Below are positions 53,606 through 64,000 of a stretch of 64,000 nt of DNA, piece by piece. Position 1 is the stretch's first letter, and the number at the start of each line of letters is the position of its first letter. Both the position numbers and the translations under genes were made by a program. Below the pieces are notes generated by a model. The model saw only the letters and a program-made list of their open reading frames with translations, did not search any database and was not told the origin of the DNA. Source of the stretch: Micavibrio sp. (lineage in GTDB: Bacteria; Pseudomonadota; Alphaproteobacteria; Micavibrionales; Micavibrionaceae); assembly GCA_028290825.1 (NCBI GenBank), contig JAQGJB010000100.1, positions 2,101 through 66,100 of the forward strand. Reading direction: 5' to 3'.

Positions 53606-54553
53606 ATGAGTAAGCTGGAATTCGAAAAACCGATCCTTGAACTGGAAGCCAAGATTGCCGAACTTCGCAATGTCGGCAGCGATTCCACGCTCAACATCAC
53701 CGAAGAAATCCGCCGCATGCAGCAGAAGGCCGACAAGCTTCTGCAACAGACCTACAACAAACTTACGCCTGTACAGAAGGTGCAAGTCGCGCGTCATCAG
53801 GACCGCCCGCATTTCCTCGATTATGTGCGCGGCATGATTGAAGACTTCACGCCTCTTGCCGGTGATCGCCGCTTTGCGGAAGACAAGGCGCTGATCGGAG
53901 GACTCGGTCGCTTCAAGGGCCGTTCGGTTGTCATCATGGGTCACGAAAAAGGTCACGACACCGAAACACGCATCCGTCACAATTTTGGCATGGCTCGCCC
54001 TGAAGGCTATCGCAAGGCGCAGCGCCTGCTCGACATGGCGACGCAGTTCCAGCTGCCCGTCATCACCCTTGTCGACACCGCCGGTGCTTATCCGGGCGTC
54101 GGCGCGGAAGAACGCGGTCAGGCAGAAGCGATTGCGAAATCGATCGAGACCTGCCTGCGCACCAAGGCCCCTATCGTCTCCGTCATTATCGGCGAAGGCG
54201 GATCGGGCGGCGCGATTGCGATTGCGACGGCAGACAAAGTTTATATGCTTGAGCATTCAATCTATTCGGTTATCTCGCCGGAGGGTTGCGCCTCCATCCT
54301 GTGGCGCAGCGCCGATAACGCCAATGACGCGGCCACCGCCCTGAAACTTACCGCCGAGGATATGCTCGGACTGAAACTGATCGACGGAATTATCGCCGAG
54401 CCGATCGGCGGTGCGCACCGCGCCCGCGAACTGACCATCGAAAGCGTCGCCAAGCAGATCAATTCCGGCCTCGACCAGATGATCCCATGGGATGACGAGG
54501 CCCTGAAACAATCCCGCCGCCAGAAATTCCTGGCCATGGGACGCGCGGCCTAA
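53606..54553 (+). CDS. accA: Acetyl-CoA carboxylase carboxyltransferase alpha subunit
   Basis: LEFEKPI, NFGMARPEGYRKA, DTAGAYPG, GEGGSGGA, SVISPEGCASILW. Confidence 0.97.
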   Translation: MSKLEFEKPILELEAKIAELRNVGSDSTLNITEEIRRMQQKADKLLQQTYNKLTPVQKVQVARHQDRPHFLDYVRGMIEDFTPLAGDRRFAEDKALIGGLGRFKGRSVVIMGHEKGHDTETRIRHNFGMARPEGYRKAQRLLDMATQFQLPVITLVDTAGAYPGVGAEERGQAEAIAKSIETCLRTKAPIVSVIIGEGGSGGAIAIATADKVYMLEHSIYSVISPEGCASILWRSADNANDAATALKLTAEDMLGLKLIDGIIAEPIGGAHRARELTIESVAKQINSGLDQMIPWDDEALKQSRRQKFLAMGRAA

Positions 54554-54573
54554 GTACCCCCCCTCAGAAACAG

Positions 54574-54603
54574 AAACCATGACCCCGGAGAAGGTCATGG
54601 TTT
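54574..54603. terminator. Bidirectional intrinsic terminator
   Basis: AAACCATGACC-loop-GGTCATGGTTT. Confidence 0.8.
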
Positions 54604-54632
54604 TCGTTAGAATGCTGGCTAAGCCGGTGTGC

Positions 54633-55021
54633 CTAGCCAGCACGCATATTCGACACCGCGGCGAAGATTTTCGGTGAGACCTGCACCGCTTCCCCCTGCG
54701 GCAGTCTTGCACGCTCCAGCATATTCCTGAAATTCCCGTGACGGGCGCGGATATGGCCTTCGTCTGTCGAGGCGGCGCGGTAGTAAAGCATCAGGAAAAC
54801 CCGGATCGCCGCCGTCAGCGATGTGCGCGGATTTTTGCGCAGGTCGATCAGAGAGCAAATATCATGAATCCGGCATTGTTCACGCTTGGAGATGTCACGC
54901 AGGGCTGTCCACATTTCCGGCTCCAGGCGGACCGATGTCCGGCGACCGCGAACGGTGATGTTACGGCTGACCAGGGTGCTGCGGGAATATCCTCCCGCTC
55001 ACCTTCTTCCTGATCGATCAT
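54633..55021 (-). pseudogene. Ribbon-helix-helix domain protein, apparently frameshifted near the 5' end
   Basis: Conserved STLVSRNITVRGRRTSVRLEPEMW...SLTAAIRVF frame has no ATG/GTG/TTG before it; ATG at 55021 (MIDQEEGEREDIP) joins it only with one extra C at 54983-54985. Confidence 0.7.
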
Positions 55022-55201
55022 GTTGCCTTTGAATTGCAGTCCTGAACTTCCCATCCTTAACCCCACACTAATAAGTTGTATTTCTCATGTATGTAATACA
55101 TGACCATAGCAACCATTATTGTACTCTTTTGTATAAAACACAACTCTTAAGTGTGCATTTAATGGCTATAGAAATTTTTTCACCACCATTCTAAAAATTA
55201 G

Positions 55202-55465
55202 CTAATCCTTTAAAATATTGATTGATAAGGCATGAATTCGGGTTTTTAGCTCCTCTGCCAGAATGCTATAAATTCGCCGTTGCCCTTCAACACGCGATAA
55301 AGCGGACAGGACATGCGATACAACCACAACATGAAAATGTGATTCGCCTGATCCATCGTCTCCGGCATGGCCGGCATGGAGATGACTCTGATTAACGACT
55401 TCCAGCCGCACAGGGTTCAAGGATTCGGTAAGTTTTCTGCGAATAATCTCTTCCATTTGCGTCAT
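55202..55465 (-). CDS. bolA: BolA family protein
   Basis: LEVVNQSHLHAGHAG, ESHFHVVVVS, SRV..QR, IHALSI. Confidence 0.92.
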   Translation of the reverse strand: MTQMEEIIRRKLTESLNPVRLEVVNQSHLHAGHAGDDGSGESHFHVVVVSHVLSALSRVEGQRRIYSILAEELKTRIHALSINILKD

Positions 55466-55521
55466 TTTATATATGTCAATCCCTTGAGAGTTTGGCCCGA
55501 GGCCTTCATAATAAGAGAACC

Positions 55522-56136
55522 ATGCCAAGAATCCACCTGAAACCGAAATCACCCGAATTTGCCGACGATGGAAAGAAAACCGTCCGGACCCGGCATTGCG
55601 ACATGCCCGGCTGCACCGCCGAGGCCCCGCACAAGGCGCCGAAGGACCGCGGGCTGAAGGATTATTACTGGTTCTGCGCCGACCACATCACCGAATACAA
55701 CAAGGCGTGGGATTTCTTCTCCGGCATGAACCAGAGCGATATTGAAGACCATATCAGCCGCAGCTTCCTGTGGGACCGCCCGACACGCCGTTTCGATGCC
55801 GGGAATATCGAAGAGAAATTGAAACGCGCCGCGTGGAAGACCCAGTATTTCACCGAGGAAGAACCGGATGATGCGCATAAGGGCGCGGGCTTCCGCTTCT
55901 CTAACGACCCTGCGATCCAGGCTACGCCGGAGATGCAGGCGATGGCGATCATGAACCTGCAACCGCCGCTGAACATCACGGTGGTGAAAACGCGTTACAA
56001 GGAACTTGTGAAGAAATACCACCCCGATGTAAACCACGACGATCCGAAGGCCGAGGACATGATCAAGAATATCAACATGGCTTATACGATCCTGAAACTG
56101 GCGCACGAGAAGTATGATTCCGAATATAAGGACTGA
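55522..56136 (+). CDS. J-domain protein (C-terminal J, N-terminal Cys/His motif) of the bolA-cobST locus
   Basis: CDMPGC..APK..WFC.DH..EYNK.WDFFSGM, W.RPT, KKYHPD. Confidence 0.92.
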   Translation: MPRIHLKPKSPEFADDGKKTVRTRHCDMPGCTAEAPHKAPKDRGLKDYYWFCADHITEYNKAWDFFSGMNQSDIEDHISRSFLWDRPTRRFDAGNIEEKLKRAAWKTQYFTEEEPDDAHKGAGFRFSNDPAIQATPEMQAMAIMNLQPPLNITVVKTRYKELVKKYHPDVNHDDPKAEDMIKNINMAYTILKLAHEKYDSEYKD

Positions 56137-56249
56137 ATCAGCCCTTTTGCCGGAATAACGTGGTGATAATTGGTATCGCTGACGGATGACAAAGGGCCTT
56201 AAACCCCCTACTATTCTTCTGTATTTGCAGTAACCAGAAAGCCATTGCG

Positions 56250-57263
56250 ATGACTCAAGCCCCCGACCTGAATCACCTGACCGCCAACAGCCCGAAACAC
56301 ACCACAATCCCGGACAAGAAATTCAATGTTCGCGAAACCTTCGGCATCGATTCCGATTGGGAAGTTCCGGGATTTTCGGAAGGGCACGGCAACGTACCGG
56401 CCATCGACAAAACGTATCAGTTCGATCACGACACGACGATGGCGATCCTCGCCGGCTTCGCGTTCAACCGACGTGTCATGGTGCAGGGTTATCACGGTAC
56501 GGGAAAATCGACGCATATCGAACAGGTTGCGGCGCGCCTCAACTGGCCCTGCGTCCGCATCAATCTCGATTCCCATGTCTCGCGCCTCGATCTCCTCGGC
56601 AAGGATATGATCGTGCTGAAGGATGGCAAACAGATCACAGAATACAAACAGGGCATGCTGCCCTGGGCATTGCAAAACCCGGTGGCGCTGGTATTCGATG
56701 AATATGATGCGGGCCGCCCGGATGTCATGTTTGTCATCCAGCGTGTGCTGGAGGCCGAAGGGCGCCTGACCTTGCTGGACCAGAACACGGTGATCCACCC
56801 CCACCCTGCCTTCCGCCTGTTCTCGACAGCCAATACAGTCGGCCTTGGCGACACCACCGGGCTTTATCACGGGACACAACAGATCAACCAGGGTCAGATG
56901 GATCGTTGGAACATTGTTACCACACTGAACTACCTGCATCATGATGATGAGGTTGCCATTGTGCTGGCCAAAATTCCCGCCTTTGATTCAGATGCAGGGA
57001 AAAAAGACCTGAGCAGCATGGTCCGCATGGCCGACCTGACGCGGCAGGGTTTTATAAACGGTGACCTCTCCACCGTCATGTCACCCCGCACCGTTATCAC
57101 CTGGGCCGAGAATACCCAGATTTTCAAGGACCGCGATCTGGCCTTCCGCCTGAGCTTCTTGAACAAATGCGATGAAGCGGAACGTCCGACGGTGGCGGAA
57201 TATTACCAGCGTTGTTTCGGCATCGACCTCGGTGATAACGGACCACGTTCACCGCTGAATTAA
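56250..57263 (+). CDS. cobS: CobS AAA+ ATPase
   Basis: [46 protein letters not shown]. Confidence 0.96.
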   Translation: MTQAPDLNHLTANSPKHTTIPDKKFNVRETFGIDSDWEVPGFSEGHGNVPAIDKTYQFDHDTTMAILAGFAFNRRVMVQGYHGTGKSTHIEQVAARLNWPCVRINLDSHVSRLDLLGKDMIVLKDGKQITEYKQGMLPWALQNPVALVFDEYDAGRPDVMFVIQRVLEAEGRLTLLDQNTVIHPHPAFRLFSTANTVGLGDTTGLYHGTQQINQGQMDRWNIVTTLNYLHHDDEVAIVLAKIPAFDSDAGKKDLSSMVRMADLTRQGFINGDLSTVMSPRTVITWAENTQIFKDRDLAFRLSFLNKCDEAERPTVAEYYQRCFGIDLGDNGPRSPLN

Positions 57264-59113
57264 TGAAAAACGATAAATCAAGCCAGCTGGAACGCTTTAA
57301 ATCCGCCACAGCCGCGACATTGCGGGCGATGGCGGGGCAATCGGATGCCGAGGTTTCATTTACACCGGCGGAGGGCAGCGCACGCAATCTGTCCCTGCCC
57401 AAGGGCAAAACCCGCCTGCCCCTGCCCGATGCAGAATTCTCGGAGGGCAGCAAAACCCTGACGCGCGGGCAATCGGATGTGCGGGCGCTGCACATCCGTC
57501 ATCATGATGCCCGGCTGCACCGCGTCAATACGCCCATGGATCTGACGGCACAGGCCGCGTTTGATGCGCTGGAACAGGCGCGGGTCGAGGCAATCGGGGC
57601 GACGACGATGAAGGGTGTTGCGGATAATATCTCCGCTATGCTGGAGGACCAATGCCGCCGCCTTGGCTATACCGGCGTGACAAAGCAGGAAGAAACCAAC
57701 CAGGCCGATGCCCTGCATGTTCTGGCGCATGAGGCAATGACGGGTGAAACATTGCCTCCGACCGCGGAAAAACTGGCGGCGCTGTGGCGACCCGAAGTGA
57801 TGGAGAAACTCGGGGCGGAGGGTCTTGAAAAACTGAAATCCGCAATCAACGACCAGAAGCTGTTCTCCCAGCTGTCGCGCCAGATTATCAATGACCTGAA
57901 TATGCCGTTCGGCGGCCAACCGCCCGAGAGCGACCCGGAGAATGATTCCGACGACGCGCAGAAGGAAGAAGAACCTGATGGCGGAAACCCGGACCAGTCC
58001 GGGGAGGACGATACCCCTGACGGCATGGGCGGGTCGAGCGCCGAGGATATGGACGACGACAGCACGGGACAGGATTCTGAAGTCGGGTCCGAAGATATGG
58101 ACATGCAGGCCACCCCCGGTGATCAGGACGGCGAGGACGCAGGCGCGACACGGCGCAGGCCGCAGGACGGTTATATTCCGGGGCCGGACAACCCGTATAC
58201 GATTTACACCAATGTGTTCGATGAGGTTGTCGATGCATTCGAACTGGCCGAGCCGGAGGAGCTGGAGCGTCTGCGCCAGATGCTGGACCAGCAAATGGCC
58301 AATGTGCAGGGCATCGTCACCAAGCTGGCCAACCGCCTGCAACGGAAGCTGATGGCGCGACAGCAACGCAGCTGGCAGTTCGATATGGAGGAAGGCATGC
58401 TGGATGCCGCCCGCCTCGCCCGTATCGTTGCAAACCCGAGTGTGCCCTTGTCGTTCAAGCAGGAACGGGAAACGGATTTCCGCGATACGGTTGTGACACT
58501 GTTGATCGACAATTCCGGGTCGATGCGCGGCCGCCCGATTGCGATTGCGGCGATGTGTACGGATATCCTGGCGCGGACGCTGGAGCGTTGCGCGGTGAAA
58601 GTTGAAATCCTCGGCTTTACCACTCGGGCGTGGAAGGGTGGCAAGTCGCGGGAATTATGGGTACAGAATGGCCGGACACCCCACCCTGGACGGCTGAACG
58701 ATCTACGGCATATTATTTACAAGGCGGCGGATGCACCGTGGCGGCGGACGCATAAAAATCTGGGCCTGATGCTGAAGGAAGGTTTGCTAAAAGAGAATAT
58801 CGACGGTGAGGCCTTGGTGTGGGCGCATAACCGGATCGCCAAGCGGCCCGAGCAGCGCAAGATAATGATGGTTATTTCAGACGGCGCACCGGTGGATGAC
58901 TCGACATTGTCGGTGAACCCTTCGAACGTGCTGGAACAGGATCTGCGCAATGTAATTTCATGGATTGAAACGGCATCGAATGTGGAACTGACCGCCATCG
59001 GAATTGGCCATGATGTGACGCGGTATTACAAAAAGGCGATTACGATCGCCGATGCGGATGAACTGGCCTCGGCACTGATCGGACGGCTGGACGAGTTGTT
59101 TGAGGATAAATAA
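57263..59113 (+). CDS. cobT: CobT vWA-domain protein
   Basis: EQARVEAIG, acidic linker, [34 protein letters not shown]. Confidence 0.96.
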   Translation: MKNDKSSQLERFKSATAATLRAMAGQSDAEVSFTPAEGSARNLSLPKGKTRLPLPDAEFSEGSKTLTRGQSDVRALHIRHHDARLHRVNTPMDLTAQAAFDALEQARVEAIGATTMKGVADNISAMLEDQCRRLGYTGVTKQEETNQADALHVLAHEAMTGETLPPTAEKLAALWRPEVMEKLGAEGLEKLKSAINDQKLFSQLSRQIINDLNMPFGGQPPESDPENDSDDAQKEEEPDGGNPDQSGEDDTPDGMGGSSAEDMDDDSTGQDSEVGSEDMDMQATPGDQDGEDAGATRRRPQDGYIPGPDNPYTIYTNVFDEVVDAFELAEPEELERLRQMLDQQMANVQGIVTKLANRLQRKLMARQQRSWQFDMEEGMLDAARLARIVANPSVPLSFKQERETDFRDTVVTLLIDNSGSMRGRPIAIAAMCTDILARTLERCAVKVEILGFTTRAWKGGKSRELWVQNGRTPHPGRLNDLRHIIYKAADAPWRRTHKNLGLMLKEGLLKENIDGEALVWAHNRIAKRPEQRKIMMVISDGAPVDDSTLSVNPSNVLEQDLRNVISWIETASNVELTAIGIGHDVTRYYKKAITIADADELASALIGRLDELFEDK

Positions 59114-59156
59114 ATTCTTATAACCATCTCTCAGCCTTCACCGGCAGACAATGGGG

Positions 59157-60986
59157 TTAGAGTTTCTGGTTTAATACAGGATCAAACGTTCTCACCTTCA
59201 CAACACTCGCCTGCTTCACCTTTTCACTGATGAAATCCATCGCCACGTGGCTGATCCAGCCCATTGCAGTTTTAATGTTCATCAGGTCCATGATCTGGCC
59301 AAAAGTGGATTTAGGCTTGGGAAGCTCAACGATATCCAGCCCTGAGCGATTGGCGACGCCGAGGAGTTTCGCCACGTGATCGAGGGCGGCATCCATTCCG
59401 CCAAGTTCATCAACAAGGCCGTTGGCCAGTCCCTGCGATCCGGTCCAGACACGGCCTTTGGCGATTTTCTCAACTGTTTCGGGCGTGAGTTTCCGGCCTT
59501 TTGCCACGCGATCAATAAAGGCGGCATAGATCGAATCCATGACTGCGTTCATACGTTCGGTGCCTGATTCAGAAAACGGTTTGGTCATGGAATACATGTC
59601 GGCATTCTTGCCGATCTGTACGCCGTCCCAGTTCACCTCAAGCTTCTTCATCAATTCCGAGAAATCCATCTTGCCCCCCGCCACACCGATCGATCCGGTG
59701 AGCGTTGCGGGCAAGGCGTAGATTCGCGTCGCATCGGTGGCGATCCAGTATCCACCCGATCCGGCCATTGACCCCATGGAAACGATGACCGGCTTACCCG
59801 CGGCGACCGTTTTCTGGACGGCGCGGCGGATGGTTTCGGACGCTGTGGGTGATCCGCCGGGGCTGGCGATACGGAAGACGACGGCCTTTACGTCCTTGTC
59901 GTCAATCGCACTCTGGAATGCTTCGGATATTTTTTCAGGGGTGACGACGGTTTTGCCGATGCCGCCGCCATTATCGTCGGCAATGATTTCCCCAATAGCG
60001 GAGATAATGCCGACTTTCGGCCCTGTATGTTTCTCCGGTTCCGTGGCCTGGTAATCGGCGAATTCAACCAGCGGAACGGATTTTTCATCGTCCAGCTTCG
60101 CACCAAGGGATTGACGCATTGTCGAGACCAGCACATCGGAATAATCCACCCTGTCCACCAGACGCGCCGCCAGCGCTTCCTTATCCGTGAAGACTCCGAT
60201 ATCGATGTCCCTGGAAATATTTTCTGGCAGGAGTTTTCTGTCGGCGGCAATCTCACGAACCATCGTCGCCGTGATGTCGGTCAGGAGCGATGTCGTCATT
60301 TCCCGGTTTTCCGGCGACATATCGGCGCGTGACATATTCTCCATCACGCTTTTATATTCCTTGCGCTGAAAGAATTGCGGCTGCAGCCCGATCTTTTTCA
60401 AAGCGTCGGCAACGAAAGGCATTTCCGCGTCATAACCGGGAAGGCCGACAAAGCCCACCGGCTGCATCCATATCTGATCGAAGGCGGCGGCGAGGTAATA
60501 GGCTCCCATCGTTCCGCCTGCTTCCTCGTAGGACGGGCTGTAGGCCCAGGCGGGTTTGCCGCTGGCGCGGAAACGTTTTACGGCGGCGCGGATTTCCTGA
60601 ACATTGGCTGTGCCGAATTCACCGCCCTTGATATTAAACGCAATCCCGGCCACGCGCTTATCCGTTGCGGCACGGTCCAGTGTGGTGATGATGGCCTGCA
60701 CGGTCTGATGCGGTTCGCCAAAATTCTGAATACTCTCCAGCAGGCTGCCGTCCATCGGTTCTTCCGTCAGTCCGTCTTTAAGTTGCAGGACGAGGATCAG
60801 TTTCTGGGGCAGCTCCTCCTGCTTTACCGCCGGGTTTGAGGCCAGCAGGCTGATGAGGACGCTGAACAGGAGGATCGCGCCTATGATTGTGCTGGCGCGT
60901 TTGAACATGCGCCAGAGAAAGCGAAGGGGATGAAAACCCCTGGAGCGGCGGTCTTGTTCCGGTTTACGCGTGCGGCGCTCAAACAT
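59157..60986 (-). CDS. sppA: Signal peptide peptidase SppA (S49, long form)
   Basis: [48 protein letters not shown]. Confidence 0.93.
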   Translation of the reverse strand: MFERRTRKPEQDRRSRGFHPLRFLWRMFKRASTIIGAILLFSVLISLLASNPAVKQEELPQKLILVLQLKDGLTEEPMDGSLLESIQNFGEPHQTVQAIITTLDRAATDKRVAGIAFNIKGGEFGTANVQEIRAAVKRFRASGKPAWAYSPSYEEAGGTMGAYYLAAAFDQIWMQPVGFVGLPGYDAEMPFVADALKKIGLQPQFFQRKEYKSVMENMSRADMSPENREMTTSLLTDITATMVREIAADRKLLPENISRDIDIGVFTDKEALAARLVDRVDYSDVLVSTMRQSLGAKLDDEKSVPLVEFADYQATEPEKHTGPKVGIISAIGEIIADDNGGGIGKTVVTPEKISEAFQSAIDDKDVKAVVFRIASPGGSPTASETIRRAVQKTVAAGKPVIVSMGSMAGSGGYWIATDATRIYALPATLTGSIGVAGGKMDFSELMKKLEVNWDGVQIGKNADMYSMTKPFSESGTERMNAVMDSIYAAFIDRVAKGRKLTPETVEKIAKGRVWTGSQGLANGLVDELGGMDAALDHVAKLLGVANRSGLDIVELPKPKSTFGQIMDLMNIKTAMGWISHVAMDFISEKVKQASVVKVRTFDPVLNQKL

Positions 60987-61009
60987 TCTCTATTTCCTTT
61001 TTATTCGGT

Positions 61010-62080
61010 TTAAAGGCACTGGGCCTTGTGTCGCAGCCAGTGATCCGCCAGAACGCAGGCCATCATCGCTTCGGCAATCGGAACGCCGCGAATGCCAACG
61101 CAGGGATCGTGCCGGCCCTTAGTGATGATTTCGGTTTCGTGACCATGGGTGTCGATGGTTTGTTTCGAGGTTAATATAGAGCTGGTCGGTTTGAAAACCA
61201 TGCGGCAGACGATATCCTGCCCCGTTGATATCCCGCCCAGGATGCCACCGGCATTATTGCTGAGGAAATGGGGCTTGCCGTCAGGGGTCATGCGGATTTC
61301 ATCGGCATTTTCCTCCCCGCCGAGCAGGACGGATTCAAACCCTGCCCCGATTTCAACGCCCTTGACCGCGTTGATCGACATCATGGCCTTTGCGATATCG
61401 GCATCAAGGCGGTCATAGACCGGTGCACCAAGGCCGACGGGAACGCCATGCGCGACAACTTCAACAATTGCCCCGGCGCTTGACCCGGCCTTGCGGCGGC
61501 TGTCGAGGAATTCTTCCCATTGCGCAATTACACCTGTGTCAGGTGAGAAGAATGCGTTGTTATCGACTGCGGCCCAATCCCAACGGCTGCGGTCAATTTT
61601 ATGAGGGCCGATCTGGACCACGGCGGCGCGGATATGAATGCCGGGGACAATCTTACGCGCAATCGCACCCGCCGCCACACGCATTGCTGTTTCGCGTGCC
61701 GATGAACGTCCGCCGCCACGATAATCGCGGATGCCATATTTGGCGTGGTAAGTGTAGTCGGCGTGGCCAGGGCGGAATTTATCTTTGATATCGCTGTAGT
61801 CTTTTGATTTTGCGTCAGTGTTTTCAATGATCAGGCTGATCGGTGTGCCTGTGGTCTGGCCCTCGAACACGCCGGACAGGATTTTGACTTCGTCGGCTTC
61901 CTGACGCTGGGTGGTGAAGCGGCTCTGACCCGGTTTACGTTTGTCGAGGAAAGGCTGGATGTCGGCTTCGCTCAGTGCGAGGCGCGGCGGCACGCCGTCA
62001 ACAACGCAGCCGATCGCTGGACCGTGGCTTTCGCCCCAGCTATGGTACTGAAATAACGTTCCGAAACGGTTTCCCGACAT
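61010..62080 (-). CDS. aroC: Chorismate synthase
   Basis: [40 protein letters not shown]. Confidence 0.97.
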   Translation of the reverse strand: MSGNRFGTLFQYHSWGESHGPAIGCVVDGVPPRLALSEADIQPFLDKRKPGQSRFTTQRQEADEVKILSGVFEGQTTGTPISLIIENTDAKSKDYSDIKDKFRPGHADYTYHAKYGIRDYRGGGRSSARETAMRVAAGAIARKIVPGIHIRAAVVQIGPHKIDRSRWDWAAVDNNAFFSPDTGVIAQWEEFLDSRRKAGSSAGAIVEVVAHGVPVGLGAPVYDRLDADIAKAMMSINAVKGVEIGAGFESVLLGGEENADEIRMTPDGKPHFLSNNAGGILGGISTGQDIVCRMVFKPTSSILTSKQTIDTHGHETEIITKGRHDPCVGIRGVPIAEAMMACVLADHWLRHKAQCL

Positions 62081-62169
62081 GGCCTATAATCTCTTGGAAA
62101 AGGATGAGGAAAGCTAACACAAAAGCAGGCAAGGTTTGACAGGGAAAGCAGAATTTGTTTACATATTTT

Positions 62170-62898
62170 ATGAATAAGCCTCAACCCGCCTGCGCTGTAC
62201 CTCATTGTACCTCCGGTTTTACGCGAGCCGTGCTCGACCGTAATATGACGGTTGAAACTGCGCCGATGGAGCATGCGCTTGAGCATATCAATCTTTCCGG
62301 CATGGCGGTTCTGGATTTTGGCTGCGGTAACGGCAATCTTCTGCGGCTGCTAAGGAATACTAACGCGGATACTATTTATGCGTTTGAAGTCATGCCGGAA
62401 CATATTGATCAGGATATTCTCGACTGGGCCAATGACAATGAGGCAAAACCGCGCCTTTTGATCAACCCCGATTATAAAATCATTGCCGATGCACCAGATG
62501 GCGATCTGACGGCGTATAATTACCGTGACATCCTTGAACCGCATGCAAAATTCGCGATTGTCTCAAACCCTCCCTATTTTCTTTATAACCGCATTCTGTC
62601 CCTGACCCAGGACGAAAAATTTGCTGGCGCACTTATGATCACCAGCAAAGGCCGCCTGCGCAACCATGCCGGATGGACGATCTGTGCGGTGATGAATGCC
62701 GAAGATTTTGATCCGCCCGCCGGGAACAGTCAGTATCTTGTTCAGACTGGCCTTGGCCTGTGTGACGACGACCATGCCCGCCCCTGCGGCACGCCGCAAT
62801 TCTTCCCGCCGATAAACAACCGCGAAGATCTCGCCGATCCGACGGATCACTATCCGCAGATGTGGGAACAGCTGGATGGTCTGAAAAAAGGTCCTTAA
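62170..62898 (+). CDS. SAM-dependent methyltransferase-like protein with NPPY motif
   Basis: VLDFGCGNG, YAFE, VSNPPY; TTGACA promoter upstream. Confidence 0.75.
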   Translation: MNKPQPACAVPHCTSGFTRAVLDRNMTVETAPMEHALEHINLSGMAVLDFGCGNGNLLRLLRNTNADTIYAFEVMPEHIDQDILDWANDNEAKPRLLINPDYKIIADAPDGDLTAYNYRDILEPHAKFAIVSNPPYFLYNRILSLTQDEKFAGALMITSKGRLRNHAGWTICAVMNAEDFDPPAGNSQYLVQTGLGLCDDDHARPCGTPQFFPPINNREDLADPTDHYPQMWEQLDGLKKGP

Positions 62899-63249
62899 CG
62901 CAGGCTGCGGTAATATTTTCGCCATATCGGGTAAAGTATACCCCCTACCCCGACCAGAGCCGACCGTGCATGCAGGCTGACAAAATAAACCAGCCACATC
63001 GATTCCTTGATAAAGAAATATCGCTGCGACCATTTGTAACATTCGACGGAAGGAAGCGACATATTCGCCTGCTCCTCAACCATACGGTCGGCGACCTGCG
63101 CATGCATGAAGGTGAAGAAGACGGCAATCGTACCAACATACCCAACCTATCGCCCGCCGGAGAGAACGATAACGGTCAGCAAAACCGCAAGCACGACTCC
63201 GGCTTCAATGCCATGTATAATAGTGAATGATCTGTCGCGGATTCATCAT
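62895..63249 (-). pseudogene. Disrupted small membrane protein gene
   Basis: MMNPRQIIHYYTWH / frameshift / IEAGVVLAVLLTVIVLSGGR-TAG(63147-63149)-VGYVGTIAVFFTFMHAQVADRM...YPIWRKYYRSLR. Confidence 0.6.
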
Positions 63250-63252
63250 GAC

Positions 63253-63714
63253 TTATCGAATCGGAGTTAGGTTTTTATCAATATTGGCTTTGATTGCATC
63301 GTCGCAGATTTTGCCCTCTTGTGTCTTCAGCAAAACACTCTGCATATGGCCGTGCAGCATTCCGGCATAGGCCAGTTGATAGTCGTTATAAATCTTTTTG
63401 CTGCGTAGGCCTGCCATAAGCGGAAAAAAGTTTCTCTTTTTCCAGTCAAGACCGCACCATTGCGCCATACCTGAAAGCGACCCAAGCTTAATGAGTTCTT
63501 CGCGCAGATCGTAGGGCAGCAAAGGATATTGAAGCTTTTTTGCTTCGTCTTCGGTAATAATGTGATCGTTTGAAATCATCGCCCCGGCCATATGGTCATG
63601 AACCGATCTTGAGACATTTTCAACAGCTTCGCGCGGAAGCTGTAATTGGGCATAGGCGGTATGCGGTTGCATCGAAAGACAAAACAGGACCGCTGCAAAC
63701 CGGATAATGCGCAT
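63253..63714 (-). CDS. Secreted hypothetical protein
   Basis: Signal peptide ending AYA-Q; AQWCGLDW motif; start immediately after the fabI stop. Confidence 0.75.
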   Translation of the reverse strand: MRIIRFAAVLFCLSMQPHTAYAQLQLPREAVENVSRSVHDHMAGAMISNDHIITEDEAKKLQYPLLPYDLREELIKLGSLSGMAQWCGLDWKKRNFFPLMAGLRSKKIYNDYQLAYAGMLHGHMQSVLLKTQEGKICDDAIKANIDKNLTPIR

Positions 63715-63716
63715 TA

Positions 63717-64000
63717 TTATGCTGCCTCAGTTTTACCTTTTGGCGCGATGCTTTGCAGGAGCTCTGCGGTTTCCGCCGCGCTGTCGACCGAACACATACC
63801 AACCGTGTGGTAACCGCTGTCCACGTGCATGGTTTCGCCGGTAACACCGCTGCCCAGGTCGGAGAGCAGGAACAGGCCGGAGCGGCCCACATCCTGGATC
63901 GTGACGTTACGGCGCAGCGGGGAATTGAGTTCGTTCCATTTCAGGATATAGCGGAAATCGCCGATGCCGCTGGCGGCCAGCGTCTTGATCGGGCCGGCGG
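63717..64000 (-). CDS. fabI: Enoyl-ACP reductase FabI, C-terminal part
   Basis: Manual translation: AGPIKTLAASGIGDFRYILKWNELNSPLRRNVTIQDVG..LLSDLGSGVTGETMHVDSGYH. Confidence 0.95.
   Translation of the reverse strand, partial: AGPIKTLAASGIGDFRYILKWNELNSPLRRNVTIQDVGRSGLFLLSDLGSGVTGETMHVDSGYHTVGMCSVDSAAETAELLQSIAPKGKTEAA

Noticed and set aside
55147-55162. CtrA box TTAA..TTAA
   Set aside because: Spacing is 8 nt rather than 7, within an AT-rich stretch.
63147-63149. In-frame TAG as stop-codon recoding
   Set aside because: The same gene also has a frameshift, TAG is used as a normal stop elsewhere in the window, and RF1 is intact.

Overview
64 kb of chromosomal backbone from an alphaproteobacterium. 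Gene order and content suggest a streamlined Micavibrio-like or Rhodospirillales-related organism (inference). It carries about 60 CDS, mostly housekeeping: rlmN (partial), asnB, M17 peptidase, clpB, prmC/prfA, ispG, rodZ, lysC, ubiG, lysA, ftsEX, tyrC, secA, metF/metE, aroK/aroB/aroC, xerD, accA, bolA, cobST, sppA, fabI (partial). I found no rRNA, tRNA, CRISPR array, prophage or intact transposase. Most notable observations: (1) a ~270-nt, highly base-paired intergenic region at 9.2-9.5 kb resembling the non-coding bridge-RNA-type end of IS110-family elements but with no recombinase nearby; (2) unrelated accessory genes, mostly single insertions, sharing an N-terminal h-x3-F-[NTS]-x2-V motif and/or a Pro-rich, Pro-terminated C-tail, a candidate lineage-specific targeting signal; (3) argH, argJ, hisC and other genes missing from their usual positions, leaving divergent genes with overlapping start codons; (4) many leaderless promoter architectures; (5) degenerate CGTCATTGC palindromic repeats; (6) two disrupted genes.
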